A DNA stretch of 64,000 nucleotides from Aureliella sp. (GTDB lineage Bacteria; Planctomycetota; Planctomycetia; Pirellulales; Pirellulaceae): positions 737,465-801,464 of the forward strand of contig OY829846.1 in assembly GCA_963691875.1 (NCBI GenBank), read 5' to 3'. Made by a program: the position numbers and the translations under genes. Positions 63,569-64,000 of this stretch are shown here, piece by piece; position 1 is the first letter of the stretch; each line of letters opens with the position of its first letter. The notes under the pieces were generated by a model. That model was not told the origin of the DNA. It was given only the letters and a program-made list of their open reading frames with translations, and ran no database searches.

Positions 63569-64000
63569 CTAAGCAATAATATCTTGCATAACGTTACCGT
63601 AGACATCGGTCAATCGGAAGTCACGACCTGCGTAGCGATATGTGAGCTGTTCGTGATCCAATCCGAGCAAGTGCAGGATAGTTGCGTGCCAATCGTGGAT
63701 GTGACACTTGTTCTCGACCGCTTCATAGCCGTGCTCATCCGTAGCGCCGTAGCTGAAACCGCCTTTAACGCCGCCGCCGGCCATCCACGTCGTGTAACCT
63801 TTGTTGTTGTGGTTACGTCCATCAGATCCCTGAGCCGCAGGTGTTCGCCCAAATTCACCACCCCAGATCACCAAAGTTTCTTTCAGCATATCTCGGTCCT
63901 TCAAGTCCTGAAGTAAACCGGCGATGGGCTTATCACAAGCCGTTGCGCGAGTTCGGTGATCCGCCGTCAAGTTTGTGTGCTGGTCCCAGCCACCATGCGT
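63569..64000 (-). CDS. DUF1501 domain protein, C-terminal part (runs off the right edge)
   Basis: [56 protein letters not shown]. Confidence 0.93.
   Translation of the reverse strand, partial: THGGWDQHTNLTADHRTRATACDKPIAGLLQDLKDRDMLKETLVIWGGEFGRTPAAQGSDGRNHNNKGYTTWMAGGGVKGGFSYGATDEHGYEAVENKCHIHDWHATILHLLGLDHEQLTYRYAGRDFRLTDVYGNVMQDIIA

Overview
Bacterial chromosome segment from a Planctomycetota (Pirellulaceae-like) genome, judged from DUF1501, DUF1559, PVC-type heme proteins, a sulfatase and a large Hanks kinase. Bases 1 to about 16.5 kb are accessory and partly decayed. They hold two tRNA-3'-end att scars (1217-1234 and 7326-7343), each followed by a terminator and preceded at an identical 69-bp offset by a GGGGTAC direct-repeat arm-like motif. 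Between the scars lie a duplicated constant-N/variable-C small membrane ORF pair, a frameshifted nuclease/phosphatase lipoprotein and an intact type III PKS + methyltransferase + FAD oxidoreductase cluster. To their right are a broken tyrosine integrase, a broken PEP-CTERM FGE-domain gene, a 1636-aa kinase-STAND NTPase-TM-FGE protein and an IS3 remnant. From 16.6 kb the genes are mostly intact: polA, RluA, a MoxR/Bat operon with a very long BatB-BatC fusion, a sulfatase, cytochrome c domain proteins, an HDAC, a probable PPi-dependent PEP carboxykinase, tRNA-Leu(CAA), rpsL-rpsG-fusA (S12 with Arg88, divergent EF-G), a probable 6S RNA upstream of rny-ymdB, and a partial DUF1501 gene at the right edge. 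No CRISPR array or rRNA was seen. All family names come from motif recognition by eye; no database search was run.
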